The translations under genes and the position numbers were made by a program. Source: Squalus acanthias (Eukaryota). Taken from it: DNA of 64,000 nt. The notes beneath the pieces were generated by a model that saw only the letters and a list, made by a program, of their open reading frames with translations, ran no database searches and had not been told where the DNA came from. Below are positions 24,339-34,828 of the stretch, one piece after another; within the stretch, counting starts at the first letter, position 1, and every line of letters begins with the position of its first letter. The stretch lies in assembly GCA_030390025.1 (NCBI GenBank), contig JASTWF010000321.1, positions 372,001-436,000 on the forward strand, read 5' to 3'.

Positions 24339-24506
24339 TGTAGAATTCGCAAAATTATCGCGATTTTATAAAAATAAGAAGGAGACATAAAGTTTCGTAT
24401 AAACAGCTTTATTTCAGCAGAATGCTGTCAGGTTTCAAAACGGACACAAACAGCCTGTAAAATGGCCGCCACGCCTCGTGGCAGAAAGTTCTAGACTTTC
24501 AGTAGG

Positions 24507-25413
24507 CATAGAAACATAGAAACATAGAAAATAGGTACAGGAGTAGACCATTCGGTCCTTCGAGCCTGCACCGCCATTCAATGCGTTCATGGCTGAACAT
24601 GCTACCTCAGTACCCCATTCCTGCTTTCTCGCCATACCCCTTGATCCCCTTAGTTGTGAGTATTATATCTAACTCCCTTTTGAATATATTTAGCGAACTG
24701 GCCTCAACAACCTTCTGTGGAAGAGAATTCCATAGATTCACCACTCTCTGGGTGAAGAAGTTCCTCCTCAGCTCAGTCCTAAATGGCTTCCCCTTAATCC
24801 TTAGACTGTGACCCCTGGTTCTAGTTTTCCCTACCATTGGGAACATTCTGCCCGCATCTAATTTGTCTAAACCAGTCAGGATTTTAAATGTCTCTATAAG
24901 ATCCCCCCTCATTCTTCTGAACTCCAGAGGATACAAGTTCAGTTGACCCAATCTTTCTTGATATGTCAGTCCGGCCATCCCAGGAATCAATCTAGTGAAC
25001 CTTCGCTGCACTCCCTCAATAGCAAGAATGTCCTTCCTTAAGTTAGGAGACCAAAACTGCGCACAATACTCCAGGTGTGGCCTCACCAAGGCCCTGTACA
25101 ACTGTAGCATCACCTCCCTACTCCTGTACTCAAATCCCCTTGCTATGAAGGCCATCATTCCGTTTGCTTTCTTGACTGCCTGCTGCACTTGCATTCCCAC
25201 CTTCAGTGACTGATGTACCATGACGCCCAGGTCTCGTTGCACGTCCCCTTTCCCTAATCTGCCACCATTCAGGTAATAGTCCGCCTCTCTATTTTTACCA
25301 CCAAAGTGGATAACCTCACATTTATCCACATTGTACTTCATCTGCCATACATTTGCCCATTCACTCAACCTGTCCAAGTCACTCTGTAGCCTCCTAGCAT
25401 CCTCCTCATTGTT
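24507..25413 (-). mobile_element. 5'-truncated CR1 inserted in the 3' LTR
   Basis: Uninterrupted RT C-terminal ORF (LQSDLDRLSEW...KGYGEKAGMGY) and (TTTCTATG)n tail. Confidence 0.92.
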
Positions 25414-25480
25414 CAGACAAGATGGCGTTCCAATAAGCATTTGTGCAAGATCGAAAAGATCCAACATGATGAGATAATGA

Positions 25481-27118
25481 TGTAAGGGATTCTGACCCTG
25501 CGTGTCTCGCAGCCTGTGAGATTCACGCGGCTCTGTGCAGCCTGTATGTCAGTGCGGGTCTAGGCCTTGTTGCCTGTTCTGGTCTCCAGCCAGTCTGGGA
25601 ACACTAGACACACCTGTGAGTGGTTCGAATCACTCTCCCTTACGGTTCTCGACACTGGACTTAGATGCGAGAGCAGTAATGGAGATGAAACTCATGTAGA
25701 CTCGGTTTGAATGGTACGAAATGGAAAATCTTTATTGCATGATACTTAAGATTATGAAATACATGTCATAAGCACAGATTAATGACAGTACAATCTTACA
25801 AACAGTTATATAGTCGATCTTAGGGAAACGAGGAACGAACGGCACATAGTAAATAGGGGCACACATTACAAATATCCTTAATCCTTAAACCCTCCCCTAT
25901 CAATATCTATCCTAAACTAGATTCGTAGGATTTCGAGACTCATGCTCACCACTCGTGATAACTCGGAGAAATTCCGAATAGCTGATCGGATGTTTTTCAC
26001 CGCAGCACCCACGTGTCAGTCAGGAGATCTCCTGGTCCCACTTGTTTACTTGCTTCTGCTGCTCCGGCTAGCAGGCTGGAACGTCTGCTGTGATGAAGAC
26101 CTGTGTTGGTTGGTTTAACAGGTACTTTCGAGCACAGTCCAGTTATATCATCGATGCGATATGTTTCGTTACAAGTTCGAAGAAGTCTTCCTGGCAAGGA
26201 AAACTTGGCTAATCGACCTACAGGCGCGGTCGGGATTTACTGACCGTGGCGATGGATATGGTCTTCCTCTCTTCTCATCTCATCTCATCTCATCTCATCT
26301 CATCTCGGGCCTTTGGTTCCGCTGCCAGTTACCAACATAGGTCTTCGTTACGCGACACGAGGTAGATCCGAACGGATCAGAAAGTTCAACAGTCCTTTTC
26401 AAAAGAGACAACAGGCAAGCAGGAGCGAGCCCAACTACGAGTACACAGGAGCAGCCACGAGGTTACGAATCGATCGGATAAGAGAAAGATGGACGGTTTG
26501 GAGCCTGCAATTATAGTGCAAAAATCTTCCGTTTCCCGCCCAACTATAATGTCCATTCTTTTGTTTAAGGTCTGGCGCTCAAAATGTCTTGTATGGGTGA
26601 TCTCCGTTCTTAATGGGTTTCGGGGCTACTCGTAAATGTCTGAGTACCTGTTAATATTTCTCCCATTGTTAAATCGGTCGGCGTTCTCCCTGGAGGGGTT
26701 TTGGGGCTTCCAAGTGTCCTGTATAACTACCTGCTAACGGCTCTCTCATCGTAGAGTCGTTGGGATTTTACATATTAATGTCTTTTGGATGGGCCCTTGA
26801 TTACTCGGTACAATGGCTTTCCTTTGTACCTGGGAGACCGATTTCAGTATTTATGTGTATACTGCAAACCCATAATGTCTCGTGTATTATCTTCACTGTG
26901 CTGAATCTTAATCGATCTTGCACAAATGTTTATTGGAACGCCATCTTGTCTGCCTGTTGAAAAGTCTAGAATGTTCTGTCACGAGGTGCGGCGGCCATTT
27001 TACAGGCTGCTTGTGTCCACTTTAAACCTGTCAGCATTCTGCTGAAATAAAAGCTGTTTGAACGAAACTCTGTGTTTTCTCCTTATTAATAAAATCGCGA
27101 TATATTGCGAATTCTACA
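25481..27118 (-). mobile_element. Solo LTR of a related subfamily, inverted inside the 3' LTR
   Basis: Reverse strand TGTAGAATTCGC...CCCTTACA, 1638 bp; flanked by ATGA/GTGA (4-bp TSD with one mismatch). Confidence 0.9.
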
Positions 27119-28522
27119 GTGACAAGACGCGATGGGTTTACATTTTAAACATGAATACTGAAATCGGTCTCCCAGGTGCAAACAAGGGCTATTGTACTGA
27201 GCGATCAAGGACCCATCCAAAGACATTAATATGCAAAATCCCCACGACTCTACGATGAGAGAGCCGTTTGCGGGTACTTACAGCAAGCATTTGGAAGCCC
27301 CAAAACCCCTCCAGGGAGACTACTAGCCGGTTCCACAATGGGAGAAATATTAACGGGTACTCAGACAGTTACAAGTGTCACCGAAACCCATTAAAGACTG
27401 AGATCACCCTATACAAGAAGTTTGAGCGCCAAAACCCTGACAAAAGATAGACATTAAGATTGGGCGGGAAAAGAGGAATTACAGCACTATAACTGTAAGG
27501 TACAACCGTCCATCTTTCTCTTGCTGCTTTGACTCGCTGGAAGGCTGCTGAACTTTTATTCTCTTGCCTGACGGCTCTGCACTCTGATCCGCTAGGATCA
27601 ACCTCGTGGCTTGCCGCGAAGATCTGTGGAGAACTGGGCTGTGAGGCCTGGAAGCGGGCGCACCATCCCGAGGGGTCGGTAAACGGAGTTGGAACCGAAG
27701 GCCCGAGAGGAGATGAGATGAGATGAGATGAGATGAGAAGAGAAGAAGACGACAATACGTATCGCCACGGTCAGTAAGCCCCGACCGCGCCTGTAAGTCG
27801 AATAAACACTTCTTTGAATTCTATCGGCTACTCCACAACTGGCCCAGGAAGACCCTTCTTCAAGTTCTATCGAATCGGTGTAGGGCACAGGAAGACTTTT
27901 TTTTGAGTAGTATCAGAACTCCAAGGGCAACACAGATCTTCATGACAGCAGACGGTCCAGCCAGCTAGCCGGAGCAGAAACGAGTAAACAAGTGGGGTAC
28001 AGAGACCCCTGATCAACACGTGGGTGGTCAGGTGCTGCGGTAAAAACATCCGAGCAGAGTTTCGGAATTCTCCGAGTTATCACGAGTGGTGAGCATGAGT
28101 CTCGATCCTACAAATCTAGATTAGGACAGGTATTGATAGGGGAGGGTTTAAGTTTTAAGGATAATTATAATGTGTGTCCCCTTTTACGATGTGTCGTGCG
28201 CTCCTCGTTTCCCTAAAATTAGTTTCATAACTGTGTGTAAGATTGTACTGTCATTAATCTGTGCTTATGACATGTATCTCGTAATCTTGAATAATATGCA
28301 ATAAAGATTTTCCATTTCGCACTATTCAACCGGGTCTGCCTGAGTTTTCTCTCCATTACTGCTCTCGCACCTAAGTCCAGTGTCAGAACCGTAAGGGCGA
28401 GTGGGTCGAACCACTCACACGTGTCTAGTGTTACCAGGCTGGCTGGAGACCAGAACAGGCAACAAGGCCTAACCTCGCACTAGCACCCAGGCTAAGCACA
28501 GAGCCACAGGTCACCCCTTACA

Positions 28523-30520
28523 ACAGTAAACTGGGCAAATCAGTTAATGGGTAAAACGACAAAAGATCAGTGGGAGATGTTTAAAAAATAATTTAAGGTG
28601 TTACAGAACCAGTTTATACCCCTGAGGGGCAAGAGCTCTACTTGCCAAAAAAGCCCATCCATGGACAACTAAAGAGGTAAAGGCCAGCATAAAACTAGAA
28701 AGGAAAGGGCATACAAAAATGCAAAAAATAGCACCGATCCTGGCGAATGGGAAAGATACAACGAACAGCAAAGGGTCACACAACAGTTAGTAAGAGCTAC
28801 AAAAAGGGAGTATGAAAAGAAACTTGCAAGGGATATCAAAATCAATGCGAAGAATTTTTACAATTACATTGGGAAAAAGAGGGTGGTCAGGAGCAAAGTT
28901 GGCCCCTTAAAAACAAAGTGGTGATATTGTCAATGACAATGGGGAAATGGCAGGCATGTTGAATAATTACCTTGCGTCAGTATTTACAGTAGAGAAAGAG
29001 GACAGCATGCCGGAAATCCTAAAGAAACTAATATTGAATCGGGGACAGGGGCTCAATAAAATTAACGTAAGTAAAGCAACAGTAATGAAGAAAATAATGG
29101 CACTAAAGAGTGACAAATCCTCAGGACCAGATGGTTTCCATCCCAGGGTTTTAAAGGAAGTAGGAGCACATTGCAGATGCCCTAATTATAATCTTCCAAA
29201 GTTCTCTAGATTCAGGAACCGTCCTTTCGTTTGGAAAATTGTACATGTTACTCCGCATTTTAAGAATGGCGAGAGAGGGAAACCAGTGAATTATAAACCA
29301 GTTAGCCTAACATCTGTTGTCGGGAAATGACTAGAGTCTATAATTAAGGATAGGGTGACTGAACAGCTCGAAAATTTTCAGCTGATCAGAGAGAGCCAGC
29401 ATGGATTTGTGAAAGGTACCATTAATTGGAGGGAAACTAAAATAAATCAAGGGAATGCACTTATTGTATTCAATATTAGTAATAAAATGGTAATGGAGAA
29501 AATAATGAGACTAGGTTAGATAAATCACCAGGACCTGATGGTTTCCATCCCACGGTATTAAAAGAAGTGGGGAAATTGCAGAAGCATTAGCTATAATCAT
29601 TCAAACTCTTGATTTGGGAACTATGCTGTTAAACTCAAAAATTGCAAATGTCAGTCCATTATTTAAGAAGGGTGGGAGAGAGAAAGCAGGTAACTACAGG
29701 CCTGTGAATTTAAAATCAATTGTGGGGACGCTACTAGAATCTCTCATTAGGGATAAAGTGACTGAGCACTTGTCCAAATATGAGCTGATCAGAGAGAGCC
29801 AGCATGGTAAGACTTGGGTTGGAAATTGGTTGGGAGGTAGGAGACAGTGATTGGGGATAAAGGGTTTGTACTCAGATTGGCAGAATGTGACAAGTGGATC
29901 TGTTCTGGAGCCTCAACTTTTTCCCATATTTATTACTTACTTGGATCAAGGAATAGAGCTGTATATCCAAGTTTCCAGAGGACACTAAAGTCAGAGACAC
30001 AGTAAGTAGTGCAGCTGGGAGCAGGAAGTTGCAAAACTATGTCAGATGGACAAGTGTGAGGTCGTCCACTTTGGACCTAAGAAAACTACATTTTCCAAAT
30101 GTTGGGAAACTAGGAACTGTAGAGGAGCAAAGAGATTTGGGAGTCTAACTCCACAAATCATTTAAAACTAGTCGACAGGTACAAAAAGTAATAAATAAGG
30201 CCAATGGAAATTTGGCCTTTATCTTAAGATGGCTGGATTACAAATAGGAAGAGTTGTAATCTTAACATTTGAACCATTTAGGATGAAAATCATGAAGTAC
30301 CTTTTCACACAAGTTATTAGAAATCTGGAATTCTCTCCCCAAACGGCTGTGGATTCTCGGACAAGTGGAGCTTCTAAGACTGAGATTGATAGATTTTAGT
30401 TGGGAAAGGCTAACAAGGGACATGGAGCAAAGGTGGGTAAATAGATTTGAGGCACAGATCAGCAATGATCTAATTGATTCGCATTGGAGGCTCGAGGGGC
30501 TGAATGGCCGACTCCTGTTC
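28523..30520 (+). mobile_element. Two or more degenerate CR1 ORF2 fragments
   Basis: LNNYLASVFTVE, KSSGPDGFHPRVLKEV, GNYRPV motifs repeated, with a decayed 3' UTR. Confidence 0.8.
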
Positions 30521-30832
30521 CTATCTTCCTTTCAATCTGCTTGGTTTCCAGTCAGGTTTCAGTGGCAAGTAACATTCGTGCCACACAAGTGCCAGGCAAT
30601 GACCATCTCCAAGAGAAAGTCTAACCACCACCCCTTGACATTCAATGGCATTACCATCGTCAAATCCCCCACCAACAACATCCTGGGGGTCACCATTGAC
30701 CAGAAACTTAACTGGACCAGCCACATAAATACTGTGGCAACAAGAGCGGGTCAGAGGCTGGGTATTCTGTGGCGAGTGTCTCAATAAATAAACTAAAACT
30801 AGAAAATTAATAAGTAATATAAGGGTTAAGTC

Positions 30833-31780
30833 ATGGCAGTAGAGCTCGGACCTGTGTCATGCTCCTCCTGTAACATGTGGGAAATCATGGACGCTTCCTG
30901 TGTCCCTGACAACCATGTGTGCGGGAAGTGTGTCCAGCTGCAGCTCATGTGGGACCGCATGACGGCCCTTGAGCTGCGGATGGACTCACTTTGGAGCATC
31001 CACGATTCTGAGAGGGTTGTGAATAGCACATTTAGTGAGTTGGTCACACCGCAGGTTAAGGCCAGAGTAGATAGTACATGGGTGACCAAAAGGCAGAGCA
31101 AGGGCAGGAAGGTAGTGCAGGAATCCCCTGGGGTTGTCTCCCTCAGCAACAGGTTCACCGCCTTAGGTGCTGTTGTCGGGGGGGATGACTCATCGGGGGA
31201 AGGCACCAGCAGCCAGGCTCATGGCACCATGACTGGCTCTGTTGCAAAGAAGGGAGGGAAAAAGAGTGGCAGGGCTATAGTAATAGGGGATTTGATTGTA
31301 AGGGGAATAGATAGGAGTTTCTGTGGTCGCGACCGAGACTCCAGGATGGTAATTTGCCTCCCTGGTGCAAGGGTCAAGGATGTCTCGGCGCGGGTGCAGA
31401 ACATTCTGGAGGGGGAGGGGGAACAGCCAGTTGTCGTGATACATGTTGGTACCAACGACGTAGCTAAAAAAAGGGAAGAGGTCCTACAAGTAGAATTTAG
31501 GGAGTTAGGAGCCAAGCTAAAAAGTAGGACCTCGAAGGTAGTAATCTCTGGATTACTACCAGTGCCACGTGCTAGTAAGAGTACAGAGAACAGGATAGTT
31601 AGGCTAAATACGTGGCTTGAGCAGTGGTGTAAGAGGGAGGGTTTTAAATTTTTGAGGCATTGGGACCAGTTTTGTGGTAGGTGTGACCTATACAAAAGGG
31701 ACGGTCTACACCTGTGCAAAGGTGGAACTGATGTTCTCGGGGTAAATTTTGATAAAGCAGTTCGGGAGCATTTAAACTAG
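30833..31780 (+). CDS. CR1 ORF1p (zinc finger, coiled coil, SGNH/GDSL esterase-like domain), 315 aa
   Basis: CSSC..CGKC; VIGD.IVR, CLPGARV, HVGTND and DGLHL blocks. Confidence 0.92.
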   Translation: MAVELGPVSCSSCNMWEIMDASCVPDNHVCGKCVQLQLMWDRMTALELRMDSLWSIHDSERVVNSTFSELVTPQVKARVDSTWVTKRQSKGRKVVQESPGVVSLSNRFTALGAVVGGDDSSGEGTSSQAHGTMTGSVAKKGGKKSGRAIVIGDLIVRGIDRSFCGRDRDSRMVICLPGARVKDVSARVQNILEGEGEQPVVVIHVGTNDVAKKREEVLQVEFRELGAKLKSRTSKVVISGLLPVPRASKSTENRIVRLNTWLEQWCKREGFKFLRHWDQFCGRCDLYKRDGLHLCKGGTDVLGVNFDKAVREHLN

Positions 31781-34722
31781 TATGGCAGGGGGCTAGAAAC
31801 CCATGTAGTGAAATAGAGGAAAGTGAAAGGCAGACAGAAATAAATGGTAAAAAGGAGAGGAACAAAAAACAAAGGGCCAAACTAATTCATAAAAAATGTG
31901 AGCATAAAAAAAGCCTGAGGGTTTTATACCTTAATGCGAGAAGCATCAGGAACAAGGTAGATGAATTAGCTGTGGAAATAGAGGTTAATAATTATGATCT
32001 AATTGGGATTACGGAAACATGGTTGCAGGGTGAGCAGGGCTGGGAGCTTAACATACAGGGGTATTCAGTATTTAGGAAGGATCGACAAAAAAGAAAGGGA
32101 GGAGGGGTAGCATTGCTGGTAAAAGAGGGGATAAATGCAATTGAAAGGAAGGATATTAACTCAGTTAATACAGAATCTATATGGGTGGAGCTAAGAAATA
32201 GCGAGGGGCGAAAAACATTAATAGGAGTGGTATATAGGCCTCCAAATAGTAAAATAGAGGTTGGGGAGGGCATCACGAGGGAAATTAGAGAAGCGTGCAA
32301 TAAGAGCACAGCTGTCATCATAGGTGACTTTAACTTACATATAGATTGGACTAGCCTAATCAGTAAAAATAATGAGGAGGAGGAATTCCTTGAGTGTTTA
32401 AGGGATGGTTATCTGGATCAATATGTCGAGGAACCAACTCGGGAACAGGCTATATTGGACTGGGTACTGTGCAATGAGAAGGGACTAATTAGTAATCTTG
32501 TTGTACGGGGACCCTTGGGTCAGAGCGATCATAACATGATCGATTTCTCACTCGAAATGGAGAGCGAAGAAATTGACTCAGAGACTCAGGTCCTGAATTT
32601 AAACAAGGGGAATTATGATGCCATTAGACGGGAACTGAGTAGGTCTGATTGGACAACGTTCCTGGGAGGACTGGAGGTAGATAAACAATGGCAAGCATTT
32701 AAAGATAGAATGACAAAATTGCAAAAATTGTTTATACCAATCTGGCATAAAAGGAAATCTAAAAAGGTGACTCAACCGTGGATAACAGGGGAAATTAGAG
32801 ACAGCATAAAATCCAAAGATAGGGCGTATAAAATAGCCAAAAAACGCGCCAGAGCGGAAGATTGGGAACAGTTTAAGATAGAGCAAAGGAGGGCAAAGGG
32901 CTTAATCAAGAAGGGCAAAATAGCTTACGAAAGCAAGCTGGCGGAAAATATAAAAACTAACTCCAAAAGCTTTTATAAGTATATCAAGAGGAAAAGACTG
33001 GTGAAAACCAAAGTTGGTCCATTGCAGTCAGATACGGGGGAATATATAATGGGAAATAAGGAAATGGCAGACCAACTAAATGCATACTTTGGGTCAGTCT
33101 TTACGAAGGAAGACACAAAAAACCTCCCTGGGATATCGGGAAAAATAGGGACATTGGCAAAGGAGGAACTGACGCAAATCAATATCTCTAAGGATATGGT
33201 GTTAAGGAAGCTAAAGGGATTGAAGGCGGACAAATCCCCAGGGCCTGATAACATGCATCCTAGGGTACTGAAGGAGGTGGCCCTAGAGATAGCGGATGCA
33301 CTAAGCATGATTTTTCAGAATTCATTAGACTCGGGAACAGTGCCCATGGATTGGAGGGTAGCTAACGTTACCCCACTATTCAAAAAGGGGGGTAGGGAAA
33401 AAGCAGGTAATTACAGACCTGTAAGCCTTACATCAGTTGTGGGCAAAATGCTGGAGTCCATCATTAAGGATGAAATAGCCGAGCACTTAGCAAATGGGGA
33501 CAGGATAGGACAGAGTCAACATGGATTTACAAAGGGTAAATCGTGCTTGACTAATCTATTGGAATTTTTTGAGGGAGTAACTGGTAAAATAGATGGGGGA
33601 GAGCCAGTAGATGTGGTGTACCTGGACTTCCAAAAGGCCTTCGATAAGGTCCCACATAAAAGATTAGCATGGAAAATTGAAGCTCATGGGATAAAGGGGA
33701 AAGTATTGACGTGGATAGAGAACTGGCTGTCAGATAGAAAACAGAGAGTTGGAATAAACGGCTCATTTTCTGAATGGCAGGCAGTAACAAGTGGGGTACC
33801 ACAGGGATCTGTCCTGGGTCCCCAGCTGTTCACAATTTATATTAATGACCTGGATCAGGGAGTCGAATGCAGCATTTCCAAATTTGCAGACGACACTAAA
33901 CTAGGAGGGGGGGTGGGCTCAGAGGAGGAGACCAGGAAGCTCCAGAGCGATTTGGACAGACTGGGTGATTGGGCGGATAAATGGCAGATGCACTATAATG
34001 TGGACAAGTGCGAAGTTATCCACCTTGGGTGCAGGAACGGGAGGGCAAATTATTATTTAAATGGCAATAAATTGGGAGAGGGGGAAGTACAGAGAGACCT
34101 GGGTGTTCTTGTACACCAGTCACTGAAGGCGAGCATGCAGGTGCAACAGGCGGTCAAGAAGGCAAACGGTATGCTGGCCTTCATAGCAAAAGGGTTGGAA
34201 TACAGGAACAGGGATACCTTGCTGCAGCTGTACAGGGCACTGGTGAGACCACACCTCGAGTACTGTGTACAGTTTTGGTCGCCTCATCTGAGGAAAGATG
34301 TTCTTGCCATGGAGGGGGTGCAGCGGCGATTCACCAGGCTGATACCAGGAATGGCGGGATTGACCTATGAGGAGAGACTATGTAGTTTAGGGATGTACAC
34401 ACTGGAGTTTAGAAGATTGAGAGGGGACCTCATAGAAGTGTATAAAATTCTGACAGGTCTAGACAGATTAGATGCAGAAGGAATGTTTCCCTTGGCGGGT
34501 GAGAACAGAACTAGAGGACATAATTTAAGGATAAGGGCTAAACCATTTAGGACAGAAATGAGGGGGAATTTCTTCACTCAGAGAGTGGTGAACCTGTGGA
34601 ACTCATTGCCACAGAGGGCAGTGTACGCCAGCTCATTAAATATATTTAAGAGGGAATTAGATATATTTCTACAGGCAAAAGGGGTTAAGGGTTACGGAGA
34701 GAAGGCGGGGACAGGATACTGA
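31756..34722 (+). CDS. CR1 ORF2p (APE endonuclease plus reverse transcriptase)
   Basis: Stop-to-stop frame open from 31756; YLNARS, ITETW, YRPP, GDFN, SDH; QHGF, LDFQKAFD, GVPQGSVLGP, FADD. Confidence 0.95.
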   Translation, partial: SSSGAFKLVWQGARNPCSEIEESERQTEINGKKERNKKQRAKLIHKKCEHKKSLRVLYLNARSIRNKVDELAVEIEVNNYDLIGITETWLQGEQGWELNIQGYSVFRKDRQKRKGGGVALLVKEGINAIERKDINSVNTESIWVELRNSEGRKTLIGVVYRPPNSKIEVGEGITREIREACNKSTAVIIGDFNLHIDWTSLISKNNEEEEFLECLRDGYLDQYVEEPTREQAILDWVLCNEKGLISNLVVRGPLGQSDHNMIDFSLEMESEEIDSETQVLNLNKGNYDAIRRELSRSDWTTFLGGLEVDKQWQAFKDRMTKLQKLFIPIWHKRKSKKVTQPWITGEIRDSIKSKDRAYKIAKKRARAEDWEQFKIEQRRAKGLIKKGKIAYESKLAENIKTNSKSFYKYIKRKRLVKTKVGPLQSDTGEYIMGNKEMADQLNAYFGSVFTKEDTKNLPGISGKIGTLAKEELTQINISKDMVLRKLKGLKADKSPGPDNMHPRVLKEVALEIADALSMIFQNSLDSGTVPMDWRVANVTPLFKKGGREKAGNYRPVSLTSVVGKMLESIIKDEIAEHLANGDRIGQSQHGFTKGKSCLTNLLEFFEGVTGKIDGGEPVDVVYLDFQKAFDKVPHKRLAWKIEAHGIKGKVLTWIENWLSDRKQRVGINGSFSEWQAVTSGVPQGSVLGPQLFTIYINDLDQGVECSISKFADDTKLGGGVGSEEETRKLQSDLDRLGDWADKWQMHYNVDKCEVIHLGCRNGRANYYLNGNKLGEGEVQRDLGVLVHQSLKASMQVQQAVKKANGMLAFIAKGLEYRNRDTLLQLYRALVRPHLEYCVQFWSPHLRKDVLAMEGVQRRFTRLIPGMAGLTYEERLCSLGMYTLEFRRLRGDLIEVYKILTGLDRLDAEGMFPLAGENRTRGHNLRIRAKPFRTEMRGNFFTQRVVNLWNSLPQRAVYASSLNIFKRELDIFLQAKGVKGYGEKAGTGY

Positions 34723-34828
34723 ATTGAAGGATCAGCCATGATCTCATTAAATGGCGGAGCAGGCTCGAAGGGCCGGATGGCCTACTCCTGCTCCTATCTT
34801 CTATGTATCTATGTATCTATCTATGTAT

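Larger units (their letters stand above)
16653..28522 (+). mobile_element. Endogenous retrovirus-like LTR element, LTR-PBS-gag-orfX-env-PPT-LTR, lacking pol (lokiretrovirus-like env)
   Basis: TG...CA LTRs at both ends, tRNA PBS, purine tract, Gag with MHR and CCHC, Env with signal peptide, furin site and TM; no RT/IN motifs. Confidence 0.9.
24339..28522 (+). repeat. 3' LTR in three pieces (24339-24506, 25414-25480, ~27119-28522)
   Basis: The pieces join collinearly with the 5' LTR; ends CCCCTTACA at 28522. Confidence 0.9.
30784..34828 (+). mobile_element. Coding-intact CR1 LINE inserted into a family B LINE fragment (30558-30783 / 34829-35420)
   Basis: Short 5' UTR, ORF1, ORF2, 3' UTR with (CTATGTAT)n tail; host sequence GTGTCTCA|CTCCTGACTCC is split by it. 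Confidence 0.95.

Noticed and set aside
31972..31974. GTG start of CR1 ORF2 in the ORF track
   Set aside because: It lies downstream of the first endonuclease motif (YLNARS); the frame is open from 31756.
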